64,000 bases of DNA from Thermovirgaceae bacterium (lineage in GTDB: Bacteria > Synergistota > Synergistia > Synergistales > Thermovirgaceae): the NCBI GenBank assembly GCA_040767805.1, contig JAXGNU010000003.1:96001-160000 (forward strand), given 5' to 3'. The number at the start of each line of letters is the position of its first letter. Positions within the stretch are counted from its first letter, which is position 1. Below the pieces are notes generated by a model. That model had not been told where the DNA came from and searched no databases. It was given only the letters and a program-made list of their open reading frames with translations. Below, in pieces: positions 50,558 through 60,669 of this stretch. Position numbers and translations under genes: made by a program.

Positions 50558-53098
50558 ATGGGCCGTTCTTTGGGCGAGGCACCGGAAAAATACTGGAGTA
50601 AGACCCGGCAGGAATTGCTGTTCGCCCTCGACAGCAGTCCCAAGGGGCTGAGTTCGCAGTCGGCCCGGGACCGGCTTGAAAAATACGGCCTCAACCTTCC
50701 CGCCCCTTCGACGGTGACGGGCCCCCTGAGAATGTTCCTGGAAAAGTTCCGTAACCCCCTCATCCTCATCCTGGTCTTCGCCTCCGCCGTATCGCTCTTC
50801 GCCCGCAACTGGCTGGAGTCCTTCATCGTCCTTGCCATCATCCTGGGCAGCACCATCCTGAGCTTCGCCTCGGAATACCGCGCCTCCCAGGCCGTGAAGA
50901 AGCTCCGCCAGCGTGTTCGGATAAAGGCCCTGGTTCTCCGCGACGGCGAGGCGGTATCTCGCCCCGTCGAGGAGATCGTCCCCGGTGATGTAGTCCTGGT
51001 ATCGGCCGGCAGCCTCATCCCAGCCGACGGCGTCCTGCTCGAGTCCAGCGATCTTTTCGTATCCCAGGCGATCCTCACCGGCGAGACCTTCCCCGCGGAA
51101 AAGGAGCCCGGCGAGGCGCCCGAGGATGCCACGCCGGCCGAACGGCCCAACTGCCTCTTCATGGGCACCTCCGTCAGGAGCGGCACGGGGACCTTCCTCG
51201 TCGTCAAGACCGGCAGCGGAACGACCTTCGGCGAGATCGCCGGGCGCCTGCAGGAGGCCCCCCTGGAGACTGAGTTCGAGAGGGGGCTCCGCCGCTTCGG
51301 AGGCCTGCTCCTTCAAGTCATGGTCCTCATAGTCTTTGCCATCTTTTTCACCAACGTGGTCCGACAAAGGCCCCTCATCGAGACCATGCTTTTCGCCGTC
51401 GCCATCGCCGTGGGACTTTCACCGGAAATGCTCCCCGTCATACTCAGCGTCACCCTTTCCCGGGGGGCCCAGAACATGGCGGGGCACGGGGTGATCGTCA
51501 AAAGGCTTAACGCCATCGAAAACCTCGGGAGCATGGACATGCTCTGTTCGGACAAGACCGGCACCCTCACCGAGGGCGTCATGAAGGTAGAAGGCGCTCT
51601 CGACGCTGAGGGCGGCCCGTCGGGGGAGGTCTTCCAGTGGGCTTTCCTGAACTCCTTTTTCCAGTCGGGGCTCACCAACCCCCTCGATGAGGCCGTCCTG
51701 GCGGCACCCGCGGCCGAGGGAACCTCGGCGGAAGGTTACGAAAAACTCGACGAGATCCCCTACGACTTCGTGCGCAAGAGACTCAGCGTCCTTGTGGCCT
51801 CGCCCGACGGCGGCCGCTTCCTGGTGACCAAGGGCGCGCTGAAGAACGTGCTCGACGCCTGCACCAGCGTGAACAGGAGGGGCACCTCCGCCGCTCTGGA
51901 TGACGCCACGAAACGTGATATCCTGGAGCGCTTCGCCTCGTGGAGCACCGAGGGGTACCGCGTCATAGGCGTCGCCCGGAAAGCCGTCGAGGACGCCGGG
52001 AAGAGGCAGGATGAGTCAGACCTGGAATTCCTGGGCTTCCTGCGGTTTTCCGACCCGCCATCGGAAGGGGTCTCGAAGGAACTGGAGGAACTCCGCTCCC
52101 TCGGGGTCCGCCTCAAGCTGATCACGGGGGACAACCGCTACGTGGCCCGCCATGTCGCCGCCTCGGTGGGGATCAAGGCCGCCCGGATCCTCACCGGCCC
52201 GGAACTGGCGGTCATGAGGGACGAGGCTCTGTGGCACCTCGTGGGCCACGTCGACATCTTCGCCGAGGTCGATCCCAACCAGAAGGAACGGATCATCCGG
52301 GCGCTGCAGAGGATGGGTTCCGTCGTGGGCTTCCTGGGTGACGGCATCAACGACGCGCCGGCGCTCCACGCCGCCGACGTGGGCATCTCGGTGGACAAGG
52401 CCGTCGACGTCGCCAAGGAGGCGGCCGACTTCGTCCTGATGGAACACAGCCTGGCCATGGTCCGCCAGGGGATACAGATCGGCCGCCGGACCTTCGCCAA
52501 TACGATAAAATACATCTTCATCACCACCAGCGCCAACTTCGGGAACATGATCAGCATGGCGGCGGGGTCGCTCTTCCTCCCCTTCCTTCCCCTCCTGGCC
52601 AAGCAGGTGCTCCTCAACAACTTCATGTCGGACATCCCCTCCGTGGGGATCGCCGGCGACAGAGTGGACCCCGAGTGGGAGAGGGAACCCCACCGGTGGA
52701 ACATCAGGATAATCAGGGACTTCATGGTCATCTTCGGGCTCGTGAGCACCGCCTTCGACCTGCTGACCTTCTACGCCCTCATCAGGCTGGCGGGCAGCGC
52801 GGCAAGCGCGTTCCGGACCGGGTGGTTCATCGAATCCCTGCTGACCGAACTGCTGGTGCTGTTCGTGGTGAGGACCTACAGGCCCTTCTACCGTAGCCGA
52901 CCCGGCACCTTCATCCTCGCTTCCTCCGCCTTGCTGGGGCTCCTCGCCGTGGCGCTTCCCTACCTCCCGGCGGGCCGTGTCTTCGGCTTCGTCCCCCTCC
53001 CTTGGCCCGTCCTGGCGGCCGTCCTGGCCATTACCCTCCTCTACCTGGTCGTCTCGGAATCGACCAAGAGGGCCTTTTTCCGCTTCCTGCGATTATGA
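50558..53098 (+). CDS. mgtA: Magnesium-translocating P-type ATPase
   Basis: TGET, PEMLP, CSDKTGTLT, RKRLSV, TKGA, TGDN, GDGINDAPAL, SANFGNM motifs. Confidence 0.92.
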   Translation: MGRSLGEAPEKYWSKTRQELLFALDSSPKGLSSQSARDRLEKYGLNLPAPSTVTGPLRMFLEKFRNPLILILVFASAVSLFARNWLESFIVLAIILGSTILSFASEYRASQAVKKLRQRVRIKALVLRDGEAVSRPVEEIVPGDVVLVSAGSLIPADGVLLESSDLFVSQAILTGETFPAEKEPGEAPEDATPAERPNCLFMGTSVRSGTGTFLVVKTGSGTTFGEIAGRLQEAPLETEFERGLRRFGGLLLQVMVLIVFAIFFTNVVRQRPLIETMLFAVAIAVGLSPEMLPVILSVTLSRGAQNMAGHGVIVKRLNAIENLGSMDMLCSDKTGTLTEGVMKVEGALDAEGGPSGEVFQWAFLNSFFQSGLTNPLDEAVLAAPAAEGTSAEGYEKLDEIPYDFVRKRLSVLVASPDGGRFLVTKGALKNVLDACTSVNRRGTSAALDDATKRDILERFASWSTEGYRVIGVARKAVEDAGKRQDESDLEFLGFLRFSDPPSEGVSKELEELRSLGVRLKLITGDNRYVARHVAASVGIKAARILTGPELAVMRDEALWHLVGHVDIFAEVDPNQKERIIRALQRMGSVVGFLGDGINDAPALHAADVGISVDKAVDVAKEAADFVLMEHSLAMVRQGIQIGRRTFANTIKYIFITTSANFGNMISMAAGSLFLPFLPLLAKQVLLNNFMSDIPSVGIAGDRVDPEWEREPHRWNIRIIRDFMVIFGLVSTAFDLLTFYALIRLAGSAASAFRTGWFIESLLTELLVLFVVRTYRPFYRSRPGTFILASSALLGLLAVALPYLPAGRVFGFVPLPWPVLAAVLAITLLYLVVSESTKRAFFRFLRL

Positions 53099-54144
53099 CG
53101 TCGCCGCCCGCCCCCCAAGACCGGGTACCCGTAACGGAGGCGAATGATACGGTGCCCTGGTGGAAAAGGAACAAAAAGGCCATTAAGCGGGGCATCCTGG
53201 GCGCCCTGCTCCTGCTGGGGCTCGTCACCGCCGTAGCCCACCTCGGCGAGATAGGCCGCTTCCTGGGGATCCTCCGGGAGGCGAAACCCGCCTGGGTGGC
53301 CGCCGGCCTGTCCTTCCAGGCCCAGACTTACCTCTGCGCGGCCCTGGTCTGGAAGGCGGCCATGGCGAACATCGGCATCCACTTTCCCCTTTCCCAACTG
53401 GTCCCGCTGAGCGTGGCCAAGCTATTCTCCGACCAGGTCCTCCCCAGCGGAGGCCTCAGCGGTTCCGCCTTTTTCACCGTGGCCCTCAAGCACCGGGGGG
53501 TAGCGGTCCTGGACGGCCTCGTGGCCCTGGTGGCCAGCCTCACCGGTTACTACGCCTCCTACATGATCATGGCGGTGGCGAGCCTCGCCTTGCTGGCTTT
53601 CCGCCACGACATCCACCCCTGGATCCTCACGGCGTCGGTGCTGTTCTTCGTCGTCGCCCTCGCCGTCCCCGCCGTGGTGATCCTGGCCAGCCTTTACGGG
53701 GGGGAAAGGATACCGGCAGCCTTCAAGCGCCGCTTCCCCATCCCCGTCATGGAGGACGCCCTGGGGAAGGTCTCCGCCCGGGTCATATTCGACCCTCTGG
53801 TGCTGGCCCAGGTGACCTTACTCCAGGGCGCGGTGTTCCTGCTCGACGCGGCCACCCTCTGGGCCATGCTCCTGGCGGTGGGGCAGAAGGCCGCCTTCCT
53901 GGAGGCCCTGCCCAGCTTCGTCGTAGCCTCGATGGTGGCGACCATCGGCGTGGTCCCCCTCGGCCTGGGGACCTTCGAGACCACCTGCGTCGTCCTGCTG
54001 GGGAGCCTCAAGGTCCCTTTCGAAGCGGCCCTGGCCGCCACGCTCCTCCTTCGGGGCTTGACCCTTTGGCTGCCCATGCTTCCCGGCATGTGGCTGGCTC
54101 GGAAGGAATTGTCCAGGGACCCTGCCCCTTTGCCGAAGGGTTAA
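53095..54144 (+). CDS. Lysylphosphatidylglycerol synthase TM / flippase-like membrane protein
   Basis: Multi-TM, LPSGGLSG, PLGLGTFE, LLLRG..W.P; ATGA overlap with mgtA. Confidence 0.8.
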   Translation: MTSPPAPQDRVPVTEANDTVPWWKRNKKAIKRGILGALLLLGLVTAVAHLGEIGRFLGILREAKPAWVAAGLSFQAQTYLCAALVWKAAMANIGIHFPLSQLVPLSVAKLFSDQVLPSGGLSGSAFFTVALKHRGVAVLDGLVALVASLTGYYASYMIMAVASLALLAFRHDIHPWILTASVLFFVVALAVPAVVILASLYGGERIPAAFKRRFPIPVMEDALGKVSARVIFDPLVLAQVTLLQGAVFLLDAATLWAMLLAVGQKAAFLEALPSFVVASMVATIGVVPLGLGTFETTCVVLLGSLKVPFEAALAATLLLRGLTLWLPMLPGMWLARKELSRDPAPLPKG

Positions 54145-54168
54145 AATTTTACGCGGGGGTGATGACCT

Positions 54169-55434
54169 ATGAGCGGTGACCACCGGGGAGGGATCGCGGT
54201 GAACGCGGGGGACGTCAAAAAAGCGGTAAAAGCCCGGGAACGGGAGATCGTCAGTTTCCTTTCCAAGGTCCTTCAGACTCCAAGCGTGACGGGCTACGAA
54301 GCCGCGGTGGCGGAAGTGATCGCCCGGGAGATCGAAGGGATAGGTCTCAGGCCGCGGATCGAAGAAGCCGAAAAAGGAAGGCCCAATCTTTTGGCGGAAT
54401 GGGAGGGCCTGCCGGGGCCGCGGTTTGTCTTTAACGGCCACATGGATGTATTCCCCCCGCCGGCAGGTTCAGAAGAGGAATACGGCGGACCCTGGTCGGG
54501 GCGGGTGGAAGGCGGCTGGATCTTCGGAAGCGGTGCCAACGACATGAAAGCAGGCCTCTGTGGCTCGATCATGGCCGTCCGAGTACTAAAGGAAATGGGA
54601 TTCGTGCCGAAGGGGAGCGTCCTGCTGACCTGTACCTGCGATGAAGAGAACGGCGGCTGGCTCGGAGTGAAACACCTCTTGGGAAAAGGGTTGATAAAGG
54701 GCGATCTCGGGCTGAACATGGAACCAACATCGCTGAAACTTCTCCTTGACCACAGCGGCATTTTCAGGGCACGTTTCATCATTGAGGGAAAGGGTGCTCA
54801 CGCGAGCAACCCCAGCGAAGGGATCGACGCCCTGGAAAAATCTATCGGGGTCATCCAGGGGCTTTACGAACTGGGTAAGCGGCTGGAAAAACGATCCATC
54901 CCCGGCTGGGGAAGCCCTACCTTGAACGTGACCACCCTCCATGCGGGGACAGCGACAAATGTCATTGCCGACCGAAGCACCTTTTCCATTGACCGAAGGC
55001 TGGTCCCCGGGGAAAGCCATGATGAGGCGGAAGCGGAAATAATGGCTGTCCTTGAAGAGCAGAGGAAAAAAGACCCGGACCTGCGCCTCGTCCGTGAGAT
55101 CATCTCCGACCGGCCGGCGCTGGAGATCCCGCCCGATTCGGCCATCGTGAAAGCGATAGAGAAGGGTTTCAAGGACCTCCAGGGCAAGCCTCTGGAAAGA
55201 ATGAAGGCGCGCTTCGGCTCCGATGCCGCCGACATCGTGAAAAACACCGGCATGCCAATGCCAATCCTCGGTCCGGGGAATGAGGATGAAGCCACATCGG
55301 TTGGCGAAAAATTAAGTATCGAAGAATACCTAGCCGCTGTCGAGATTTACGCCCTTACCGTCGCCAGGCTGTTATCTACCAGGGCGGGGTCAGATCCACA
55401 CGGATCTTCGCCCCGGGCCTCGTCTACCACTTAA
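54169..55434 (+). CDS. M20 (ArgE/DapE-like) metallopeptidase
   Basis: NGHMD, GANDMK, DEE, EPT, GKGAHAS, DRR..PGE motifs. Confidence 0.88.
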   Translation: MSGDHRGGIAVNAGDVKKAVKAREREIVSFLSKVLQTPSVTGYEAAVAEVIAREIEGIGLRPRIEEAEKGRPNLLAEWEGLPGPRFVFNGHMDVFPPPAGSEEEYGGPWSGRVEGGWIFGSGANDMKAGLCGSIMAVRVLKEMGFVPKGSVLLTCTCDEENGGWLGVKHLLGKGLIKGDLGLNMEPTSLKLLLDHSGIFRARFIIEGKGAHASNPSEGIDALEKSIGVIQGLYELGKRLEKRSIPGWGSPTLNVTTLHAGTATNVIADRSTFSIDRRLVPGESHDEAEAEIMAVLEEQRKKDPDLRLVREIISDRPALEIPPDSAIVKAIEKGFKDLQGKPLERMKARFGSDAADIVKNTGMPMPILGPGNEDEATSVGEKLSIEEYLAAVEIYALTVARLLSTRAGSDPHGSSPRASSTT

Positions 55435-55634
55435 GCCACCGCCCTGGAAGGGCAGGCTCCATTCCAGCTTGCGCCAGCGGACGACATAAAAAATGACGGA
55501 GGCGGCATTTCAGAGCCAAGTAAGACCGGATAACCGGCCTACGGACCCCAGGAGCCACTCCTCCGCCAACAACATAGTAAACAAAATCATGGGGCCTGTC
55601 TAACTCAAGAATTCAAGGGTAGGCCCCGCTGGGC

Positions 55635-56942
55635 TTAAAAGCCTTCGAGCTCCAGAGTGTCCAGCGTCGTCACGGCGCCTTCGTGCGAGTATTGGTAGAG
55701 CCCGGCGTGCCGTACGGAACTTTTCGGGGCGATCGCGACGAACGTCATCGTAGGTGTCGCGTTCTTGTCGATCCATGTTCCGGAGTTCACATATACGGCG
55801 CTCTTCCCGTCGTGCGTCTCCGAGGGGATGATCCTGGATTCGTGGGTGTGGCCGAAGACCACGATACGCTTGTCGGACGCCGGGTTTCGGAAGTACTGCA
55901 CAACGGCTTGATTGTCCGTTTCAGCCGAAGAAGCCGCCTTGGCGAGCGCGTCCCTGGCGGTAATTTTGACGGCAACCCTGTTGAGTGCCTGCCGTTCGTC
56001 CCACGTGTCCTGTATCCCTTTGAACAAATTCACGTCGATGACGCCGCCCTCCTCCGCCTGACGGGGTATGAGGTCGCTCATCGCATAGGTTTTAGTGAAG
56101 CCGTCGATGTTGGTCCTGATGATCTTCTCCTCGAAGTCTTCTTTTATGGGCAGCTCGTCCATCAGTGCTTCCCATACCTGCCAGTAGAGAAATTCGAGAT
56201 CCTGGCTTTCGCCGAGGGAATTCGGAATGACGACCGGTCTGATCTTGCTCGGCTTGGGCTTGCCTTCGACGACGGAGAGCGCCGCGATGCGGGTGAAGAA
56301 GTACCCGGGAGGCAGGATTGAACCTGGAGCGACCTCTTTGTTCGAGATGGGATCCGGCGCACAGAAGAAATTGTAGCGGTGCCCGTGCTCGATGGCGATC
56401 TCGGGATGGCCGTCCGGAGAATAGGTCCCGAGCCCCCGGACATCGCGCGCTTCCGCCATTCCGGGGAAGATGGTCTGGATGCTCTCGGAGGAGATCAGCA
56501 GGTCGTGATTCCCCGGCACGTAGACCACCTTGATCGTTCCGTCCCGGATAATGTCGTTGAACGCGTCGACCACGTCCTTGTTGTTCGCGGCGACGCGCTG
56601 CACGAACTCCTTCTGGGTCTTTCCGGCGTACGTGTCCGTGCCGGCGGGGATGAACCACTCGTCGACGAGGTCGCCTGCGACGACTAGTTCCTTGATGTTC
56701 GGAGCGCACCGGACCTTCCGAAGAAAGTCGGCAAGCGGAGCGCGGTTACGCTGAATCTCCGCGTACCGGTCGTCCATCCCCAGATGTATGTCGCTGATGA
56801 CGACGATGACGGAGCGTTCGCCGCCGAGCGCTGGAACGCCGCTCTCATCGAGAGTGAAGGCATAGTCCGACGCGAAGCAGAGGGGCGCAGTGCACAACAG
56901 TAAAAACAACAGAATGATGCTCTTGATACCCGTTCTTCTCAT
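55635..56942 (-). CDS. Secreted calcineurin-like metallophosphoesterase
   Basis: Signal peptide from MRRTGIK; SDIH, GDLVD, GNHD, EHGH, FGHTH motifs. Confidence 0.85.
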   Translation of the reverse strand: MRRTGIKSIILLFLLLCTAPLCFASDYAFTLDESGVPALGGERSVIVVISDIHLGMDDRYAEIQRNRAPLADFLRKVRCAPNIKELVVAGDLVDEWFIPAGTDTYAGKTQKEFVQRVAANNKDVVDAFNDIIRDGTIKVVYVPGNHDLLISSESIQTIFPGMAEARDVRGLGTYSPDGHPEIAIEHGHRYNFFCAPDPISNKEVAPGSILPPGYFFTRIAALSVVEGKPKPSKIRPVVIPNSLGESQDLEFLYWQVWEALMDELPIKEDFEEKIIRTNIDGFTKTYAMSDLIPRQAEEGGVIDVNLFKGIQDTWDERQALNRVAVKITARDALAKAASSAETDNQAVVQYFRNPASDKRIVVFGHTHESRIIPSETHDGKSAVYVNSGTWIDKNATPTMTFVAIAPKSSVRHAGLYQYSHEGAVTTLDTLELEGF

Positions 56943-57090
56943 GGTCTCATTCCCTTTCGTGTGCGAAGTGATCGGTTGATGCGCGCAACTCCGCTTTATC
57001 GTAATAAAGTTAAGTGGCGGTATGGGCTGCTCTGTGCGAACAATACCACGAATTTCTCCCTTATAGGTGTCAGACCTACACAATTGATGA

Positions 57091-57118
57091 AACGCCCCTC
57101 TGCCCTTCAGAGGGGCGT
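57091..57118 (-). terminator. Hairpin terminator after the small hypothetical gene
   Basis: ACGCCCCTCTG-loop-CAGAGGGGCGT, followed by TT on the minus strand. Confidence 0.55.
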
Positions 57119-57172
57119 GACCCGACCTCGGCTGATCACTGCCAGGGGATCCCAAGTTCCCCAGGGCCGCCT

Positions 57173-57454
57173 TCAGGCCTCGTCGGTCTCGTCGATCTCG
57201 GTATAGGTGAAAAGGGGACCCTCCATTTTTTCCAGTTCCCTCAGCGACTCCTCGTCGCCCTTCTGCCTTAGCCTCCCGGCGCGCATCCAGTCGTCGGACT
57301 CCAGGGTGGCAGGGATCTTCATCCCGTCGATCTCCGCCATGATAGCGACCTCCCGGCAGTAGAGCTTGCCCCCCTCCCGGATGATCTCCCACAGGGGGTA
57401 TTCTTTGCCCCCCACCTCGATGAGCTCATCGCTCTTCTTTATGACTTCCCTCAA
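57173..57454 (-). CDS. Hypothetical acidic protein (93 aa)
   Basis: GGGGGAGG RBS, TTG start, protein-like composition, downstream hairpin. Confidence 0.65.
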   Translation of the reverse strand: MREVIKKSDELIEVGGKEYPLWEIIREGGKLYCREVAIMAEIDGMKIPATLESDDWMRAGRLRQKGDEESLRELEKMEGPLFTYTEIDETDEA

Positions 57455-57848
57455 GGCTGGTCGCCTCCCCCGCGTCCGGCCAGGCCTCTCTTTTTCGCCG
57501 AGTCACGGAACGAGACCGATCCCTTAATAAGAACCGTCTACGGAGCCTCTCTCCCCTTGAGACGGCGCTGGTCCGAGTTCGTGGTTTCGCCCAAAACGAT
57601 TTCTTGCTGATTATCCCACGATCATTACGTACTCATCCATTTTAGTAACTGACTACAAAGGGACCGACAAGCAATAAATTTACTCAATTGGCGCCCAAAT
57701 TGGGAGCAAGCCGGGCATCACGGGTTGCCTTTTCACCTCTTCCGAAGCCGGATGATCAAAAGCGAAGACAGAACCTCATCTCTTCATTGCTTTATCGGGA
57801 ATGTTATGCTATCTCTTAACATATAGTTTCGAGGAAGGAGGGGTGCTT

Positions 57849-59780
57849 TTGTTCGAAAGGCTGAGAAGCGAGGGCAGGATAGGTCGCTTGACCATCCCCA
57901 ACCGCGTGGTAATGCCCGCGATGGGGACAAACCTGTCGGCCACGGGAGGCGGCGTGACCGATGACATCATCGCCTTCTACGAGGCGAGGGCAAAGGGCGG
58001 CGTCGGTCTCATCATCACCGAGGTGACCAGAATCGAAGGGGGCCGGGGCATCAGCGACCCGTGCCAGCTCGCAGCTTACCGGTACTCCGATATCGCTGAC
58101 CTCCAGCGGCTGACCGGCGCAGTTCAGAAGTACGGCACGAGGATCTTCATCCAGCTTCAGCACCCCGGCCGCATGGCCTCCCCCTTGGTGGCGGGCGAAA
58201 CCCCGGTGGCCCCTTCCCCGGTGGCCGACCCATCGAGCCCGGGCAACGTGCCGCGTGAGTTGACCGAGGACGAGTGCACCGAGATGGTCGGCAAGTTCGT
58301 CTTCGCCGCCTACGTGGCGAAGTCCGCGGGCGCGGACGGAGTGGAGCTTCACGGCGCGCACGGCTACCTGATCAACGAGTTCCTCTCCCCCGCCATGAAC
58401 TTCCGCACCGACCGGTACGGGGGGTCCTTCGAGAATCGCATGAGGTTCGTCGAGGAGATAATCGCCGGGATAAAGAGCGGCTGCGGGAAGCACTTCCCCA
58501 TCTCGGTGCGCATCAACGCCGAGGAGAGCCTCCCGGGGGGGATCGACCCCGAAGAGGCCGCCCGGATCGCCGCCGCTTTGGAGAGAGCCGGTGCGGACGC
58601 GATCAACGTGAGCTGCTACAACCTCGGCTGCATCGAACCCGGGTCTTACGAGCAGGGGTGGAAGAAGTACATGGCGGCGGCCGTCAAGAAGGCCGTCTCC
58701 ATCCCCGTGATAGCCGTGAGCAACATCAAGGACCCGTCCGTTGCCGAAGCCCTGCTCGAAGAGGGGGTCTGCGACTTCGCAGGGGTCGGCCGCGGCCTGC
58801 TGGCGGATCCGGAATGGGCCGCCAAGACCTTCTCCGGCGGTGATAGCGTCATTCGAAGGTGTATAGGCTGCCTCAGCTGCTTCGCTGAGATCGCCAACCT
58901 CAGGCAGGTGCGGTGCGCGGTGAACCCGAAGACCGGTCGCGAGCGCGAGTACCTGTACCCGGTCCGCGACGGCGAGGGGCGCGCCGTTGCCGTGATCGGC
59001 GGTGGCCCCGCGGGTATCGAGGCCGCCCTTGTTCTCAAGGAGCGCGGATTTGCCCCGGTCATATTCGACGGCGGGGAGCGGCTGGGCGGGACCCTGAACA
59101 CCGCCGACAGGGGTTACGGCAAGGACAAGATCACAAAATACGTCGACTCCCTGGTCGCCCAGGTCGAGAATGCCGGGATAGAGGTCCGGCTGGGGCTGGA
59201 GGTCACCCCCGAGGACGTCGGGGGCCTGGACCCCTGCAGCGTATTCCTGGCGTGCGGCGGGGAACCCTGCATCCCGCCCGTCCCCGGAACGGATCTTGAC
59301 TTCGTCTGCACCGCGGAGGACGTGTTGCTGGGGCGTGCCTGTCCGGAGGGGAGGATCGTAGTAGTAGGATCGGGCATGACCGGGCTTGAGACGGCTGAGA
59401 CGCTGGCCCTCAAGGGGTGCGGGGTCACCATGGTGGAGATGCTCGGCGAGGTCGGCCCGGGCATGTACTACCTCGTGGTGTTGGACGTGATGAGCCGCAT
59501 CGGGCCCCACGATCCCGTGATACTGACCGGTCACAGGCTGGAGCGGATCGTCCCCGGCGGCGTGGAGCTTTCGCGGCTGTCGGACGGAGAGAAGGTAGCG
59601 GTACAGGCGGACAGCGTTGTGCTGGCGGTGGGTGTCGCCCCGCGCAAGGGCGTGACGGAGCCCTTCAAGGCCGCCTTTCCCGACGCCGTGGTCATAGGCG
59701 ACGCTAGGTGCTGCGGGCGCATACTCGAGGCCACGCAGGACGCTCGCGGAAGGGCCTTCACGTTTGAACCGCAAGCATAG
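57849..59780 (+). CDS. NADH:flavin oxidoreductase (OYE-like TIM barrel + 4Fe-4S + FAD domain; 2,4-dienoyl-CoA reductase/BaiCD-like family)
   Basis: NRVVMPAM, QLQHPG, ELHGAHGYLI.EFLSP..N.RTD.YGG, CIGCLSC..C, GGGPAG, GSGMTG. Confidence 0.9.
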   Translation: MFERLRSEGRIGRLTIPNRVVMPAMGTNLSATGGGVTDDIIAFYEARAKGGVGLIITEVTRIEGGRGISDPCQLAAYRYSDIADLQRLTGAVQKYGTRIFIQLQHPGRMASPLVAGETPVAPSPVADPSSPGNVPRELTEDECTEMVGKFVFAAYVAKSAGADGVELHGAHGYLINEFLSPAMNFRTDRYGGSFENRMRFVEEIIAGIKSGCGKHFPISVRINAEESLPGGIDPEEAARIAAALERAGADAINVSCYNLGCIEPGSYEQGWKKYMAAAVKKAVSIPVIAVSNIKDPSVAEALLEEGVCDFAGVGRGLLADPEWAAKTFSGGDSVIRRCIGCLSCFAEIANLRQVRCAVNPKTGREREYLYPVRDGEGRAVAVIGGGPAGIEAALVLKERGFAPVIFDGGERLGGTLNTADRGYGKDKITKYVDSLVAQVENAGIEVRLGLEVTPEDVGGLDPCSVFLACGGEPCIPPVPGTDLDFVCTAEDVLLGRACPEGRIVVVGSGMTGLETAETLALKGCGVTMVEMLGEVGPGMYYLVVLDVMSRIGPHDPVILTGHRLERIVPGGVELSRLSDGEKVAVQADSVVLAVGVAPRKGVTEPFKAAFPDAVVIGDARCCGRILEATQDARGRAFTFEPQA

Positions 59781-59798
59781 ACGAAAGGAGAGTTTATT

Positions 59799-60647
59799 AT
59801 GGACAGAGGCTACCAGATTCCGGAGGAAAAAATCGAGGACTTCATGAAGGATGGCGCGATGAACGACCAGTACGGCATCCAGCTTTTTTTCAACACCGAC
59901 CCGAAAAGGGCGAAGGAACTGCTGCCGCCGCCCCTGGTGCCGGCGGACCCTTCAAACCCGATGGCATACGCCTACATCGTGAACATCCGCCAGCCCACCT
60001 TCTCCCCATGGTACATGGAGGGTGGGCTCGGGATAATGGCGCGCCTGGGAGATTACGAGGGCGTCTACTTCCTGGGGCTGATGCTTAGCGGCCCCGGCTC
60101 ACTGATGGGAGCCTTCTCTGGGCGCGAGGGGTCCGGGCTTGCCAAGAAGCTGTGCGAAAGGATCCTCGTCGAGAGGACGGGCGACGAGGGAAGATGCCTT
60201 ATACGTCGCGGCGGGGTCGATCTGATAGACGTGAAACTGAAGATAGGATCCTACAACCAGAAAGGCTTCAGGATGGAGCAGGAGGGGTGCTCAAGGGAGA
60301 GACCGGCAGTTATCGGCGGCGGTTGCCTCAACCACAGGTACGATATAGAGCACGGAGGCTTCGCGAATCTCAGGGTGATCAACTACGACAGCCCCAGCCG
60401 CATCTACTCATGGGAACCTGCAACGGCGGAGATGTCGCTGGCCTCCTCCGTAGACGACAGGTGGGGGGAGCTGCCTGTGACCAACGTTATCGGAGCGGGC
60501 TGGATGGTCAGCGACAACTGGGTCACAAGTCAGGAGAAGATCTACGACTACAAGGACGAGCAGGAAATCCAGCGGGCCGTGTGTCTTCTGCTTCCGGGCC
60601 GCTACGATCGTTGCACGTTCCTAAAGGACCACCAGTCCTACGAATAG
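59799..60647 (+). CDS. Acetoacetate decarboxylase-like family protein
   Basis: LLPPPL, P.Y.E, GRE..G.AKK with the conserved Schiff-base Lys position. Confidence 0.78.
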   Translation: MDRGYQIPEEKIEDFMKDGAMNDQYGIQLFFNTDPKRAKELLPPPLVPADPSNPMAYAYIVNIRQPTFSPWYMEGGLGIMARLGDYEGVYFLGLMLSGPGSLMGAFSGREGSGLAKKLCERILVERTGDEGRCLIRRGGVDLIDVKLKIGSYNQKGFRMEQEGCSRERPAVIGGGCLNHRYDIEHGGFANLRVINYDSPSRIYSWEPATAEMSLASSVDDRWGELPVTNVIGAGWMVSDNWVTSQEKIYDYKDEQEIQRAVCLLLPGRYDRCTFLKDHQSYE

Positions 60648-60669
60648 ACAAGAAAGGCGGGATGCACCG

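Noticed and set aside
55379..55447. tRNA-like look on the minus strand (GGTGGCTTAAGTGGTAGACG resembles a tRNA-Leu D-arm)
   Set aside because: No anticodon arm, no TTC T-loop and no CCA end; better explained as a hairpin or REP-like element.
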